From Ruditapes philippinarum (taxonomy: Eukaryota): 63,873 nt of DNA. The translations under genes were made by a program, and so were the position numbers. A model generated the notes under the pieces. The model was not told where the DNA came from. It saw only the letters and a program-made list of their open reading frames with translations, and did not search any database. Positions 62,581 to 63,873 of the stretch are shown piece by piece (the first letter of the stretch is position 1; the number at the start of each line of letters is the position of its first letter). The stretch spans positions 1-63,873 of the forward strand of contig NW_026854820.1 in NCBI RefSeq assembly GCF_026571515.1, in the 5' to 3' direction.

Positions 62581-63873
62581 GCTGCAAATCAGCCCATTTT
62601 ACTAGCCTATTTAGAGGGGTAACTGGTCTATGTCAGCCAACAGCAAGTTTCATATACCAAAATGTTCGTCTGGATCTGTAGTTTCTGGAATGGATATTCA
62701 TTTGGCCCAACCCCGATGCGAAGCTAAGATATCCAAGATGGCGTCAAAGATGGCCGCAAAATCCCTAAATATTCTAAAATATTTACGTTGGCTTATTTCT
62801 TTTTTCAGTTTTGTAAATCAATTGAAATTTTGCATAAAATTTCTTATTTTAAACTTACTCATGCTATAAATTTTGACTTTATTTTTTTTTTCTAGTTTTC
62901 ATTGCCTAATTTAAACGAAAGAAGAAATAATATGTTGCAAACTGGGTGTGCTTTCTGAATATGTGTACTTTATTAGTTTTATTATTGTTTAAACTGAATA
63001 ACATTCATGATTTCATTTAATACAGCTTTAAAACTATATCTACACATATTTAGAATAAGTTAGAATAAGCGAACTATGCCATAAATGTGTTTTACTGATC
63101 TAAATTAATATACAAAGTGGGTGGGGTATTACGAACGGGGAGTCAATTTTAAATTAAATACTTTTTTGTTTTATATTATAATAGTGGTATTAAAAAGATT
63201 AACAATTTTATTTAATTGGTTAGTGATGAGACATCTTACCTTTCATAGAAAATGCCCTGCATGTGTGTCTAAATGTTGAAATATCTCTTTTATTTGTTTT
63301 ATGCACACAGTAAGGAACTAATTTACTGACCTGCAATTCGGTATTTGCCTTGACCTTGTGCTTGCCTTTTGTTAAGGATTTGTTTGCAAGTTTGTTTCTC
63401 CTTAGCCATAAACATTCATTGTTGTCTTCAAATGTGATTTAGATTATACTTGTAGGTCACTGTTCAAGACCCATAAGCTAAGCATTTAGTAGGAAATAAT
63501 AATATCTATTTATTAACTTACAGATTTTTTCGGACAAGATTAATCTCCACAACCATCATTATTATAGGTTACTTCCCTCTAACAATGTTTTTATTTCAAA
63601 GAGTTATATACTACTTTATGAATAAGAGAATTTCTTTATTATGCAGGCTGTTGATTTTAAATATTCGAGCGTGCTGTCTGACATGCAGCTCTTGTTTTAA
63701 GGCATTGGCTTAACATATGATAATCTACAAATTGAACCATATTTGGAGTTTTGTCATTATTGATGACGGGATATAATATATACATTAAAATGTAAAAATG
63801 TAATTGCCTAGAACATTTAAAATGGGTAAGTTATTCAGTTTACAGTAAGAGACTTTTTCTGCTAGACTGGATC

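Overview
AT-rich animal genomic DNA, most likely a bivalve mollusc (inferred from the RING-less B-box/beta-propeller TRIM-like genes, the tRNA-derived SINE and HINE/Helentron-type elements with internal satellites). The window is a tandem segmental-duplication array: a unit of about 9-10 kb before insertions carries the last two exons of lysosomal Pro-X carboxypeptidase (PRCP, + strand) and, in some copies, an intronless TRIM-like gene (- strand). There are about 4 units plus duplicated upstream PRCP exons in scrambled order. Every PRCP copy has a lesion, but both TRIM-like ORFs are intact and look mosaic. Lineage-specific insertions include an internally deleted CR1-type LINE, several HINE-like elements, SINEs, and a full-length 11.75-kb Ty3/Gypsy LTR retrotransposon (27792-39544) with 1.3-kb LTRs, ATAT TSD, Leu-tRNA PBS, PPT and a -1 frameshift signal. 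The Gypsy element is the most unusual object. It has a third, non-env ORF after a splice acceptor, encoding degenerate zinc fingers, a Pro/Ser/Thr-rich region and a C-terminal RGTQTQT (LC8/dynein-light-chain-type) motif. It also has about 10 small sense-strand stem-loops with variable stems but a conserved 7-nt RNTWCCA loop. All comparisons were done by eye and no database searches were run.
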